In this document: one piece after another, positions 62,829 to 64,000 of the stretch | How the letters are laid out: each line of letters begins with the position of its first letter | Numbering within the stretch: the stretch's first letter is position 1 | Assembly (NCBI GenBank): GCA_026023565.1 | Contig: JAPETS010000010.1 | Coordinates: forward strand, 434,001 to 498,000 | Origin: Cirrosporium novae-zelandiae | Lineage: Eukaryota | Direction: 5' to 3' | Length of the DNA: 64,000 nucleotides | The notes under the pieces: generated by a model | Database searches by the model: none | What the model was told of the DNA's origin: nothing | The model's input: only the letters and a program-made list of their open reading frames with translations | Translations under genes and position numbers: made by a program

Positions 62829-64000
62829 ATGGAACATCTTAATAATAAGACACCTTTCATCTATGCTCATATTCTCTCTGAGACACAACTGCAATCCAGA
62901 CCTCTTAAGGAGACCTGTGTCGATCATGTCCATGGCTTTTGTACAAAAGGCACTCAGTGTGCGCAAGATCATGGTTTGCATCGAGTGGACGAGATGCCTT
63001 GGAAAGAGGGGAAACCTCAAGTCTTGGGGCGAAATGGACAAGTCAATACTTTGTTACGGAGCTCAGCTGTACCTCACCACCAAAGCATTGATCTTCCAGG
63101 AAGATATTCATGTTCAGGTCCTCGTCACAACAACGATCACGAAAACTACCGACGCATTAATATCCTCCCAACAGTAGATGAGATCTTGTCAGATCAAGGA
63201 CCTTGGGTGCCCCAGAAAGATATGACCTCCGTGCATCATCTGCCACTTGGACCAGAAAGGTCCTTGGATATTCAATTTCGCCAATTCCGCTATGACTCCA
63301 CGACTGGTCTAATTTGCGCGTGCCGTGCTGTCGCTCAGACCCTGGCTTATGGCCATGATGAGCATTATCCTAAGTTCAACCTTAACACCAATGGCGGTCA
63401 ACAGTATTCCATTTTCAGTGGAGTTAGGTTAGAGGGCCTCAATTTTGAGGAGAAGAAAGGCATTTCTATAAGCATAAGTTTCAGTTGTCCAGCTTCTTGG
63501 AAAGGAAAGTCTACTAAAGCTATTGGCCATTTTCAGACAGGGATGCTTTGCGCCTTAGTTGGAATTGATGGTGATTCCAATAGTCTATGGGTTACTTTCC
63601 TTGATGTGCAAAGTAATTATACTACGGGAGCGATGGACAGGAGATATAGAGCTCAAGGGAAACGTCCTGAAGGCGTCCGCGGTATGCAATCCTATATGCA
63701 ACTTGAATTCACTTCTGCTTTTGCTAACTATGTTGTTAGCGGGCCTCGACCTCACCTTCGCTGATCCCGAAAATATGGATGATGTCCGAAGGATGTTGTA
63801 CTATCACAAGGGCATTTTGCAAGGGAGATTCCTCCTAGTCGAGTTTTCAAAGCTATTGTTGGGTGGCTTCTCGTCATGCCTAAAACGGTTGCAGCAACTG
63901 GACTCCGATAGCCTAGCATTTTCTCAACAAGTTGCTCCTAAGAAGCCAGATGATGTTCTCTCTAACCTTAGCCCGCCAAAATACGCCCTTGAGAAGGATT
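62829..64000 (+). CDS. 5' part of a CCCH zinc finger + ZNFX1/NF-X1-type helicase-like protein, truncated by window edge
   Basis: CVDHVHGFCTKGTQCAQDH (C-x7-C-x5-C-x3-H); GPRHNNDHENYRRINILPTVDEILS, LDIQFRQFRYD; after intron about 63682-63739, FLLVEFSKLLLGGFSSCLKRLQ..PPKYA. Confidence 0.75.

Noticed and set aside
1..64000. tRNA, rRNA, TPP riboswitch, CRISPR array or intact transposase/reverse transcriptase
   Set aside because: No diagnostic motifs seen by eye; tRNAscan-SE, Rfam and repeat-library searches would be needed to exclude them formally.

Overview
A gene-dense, intron-containing window from a filamentous ascomycete (Pezizomycotina, inferred from gene content and short GT-AG introns with CTRAY branch sites). 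The housekeeping backbone comprises hsp90, a Pho4/NUC-1-type bHLH factor, a septin-like GTPase, an NTF2-RRM (G3BP/Bre5-like) protein, Pob3 (FACT), Nnf1, a TPR-like protein, a SMYD-like SET protein, dynamitin, a probable mitochondrial helical-repeat protein and a stand-alone PARP-type zinc-finger protein. Accessory material is interleaved: a GCR1_C (Crypton-related) gene next to a decayed gene relic, an intronless bacterial-like AiiA-type metallo-lactonase, a divergent PhyH-dioxygenase/NCS1-permease pair with a GATAA-rich shared promoter, a partly decayed ABC/Zn2Cys6/amidohydrolase/MFS neighbourhood, and the 5' part of a CCCH + ZNFX1-like helicase gene. I could not support any rRNA, tRNA, CRISPR array or intact transposon. 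All family calls come from motif recognition by eye, not database searches.
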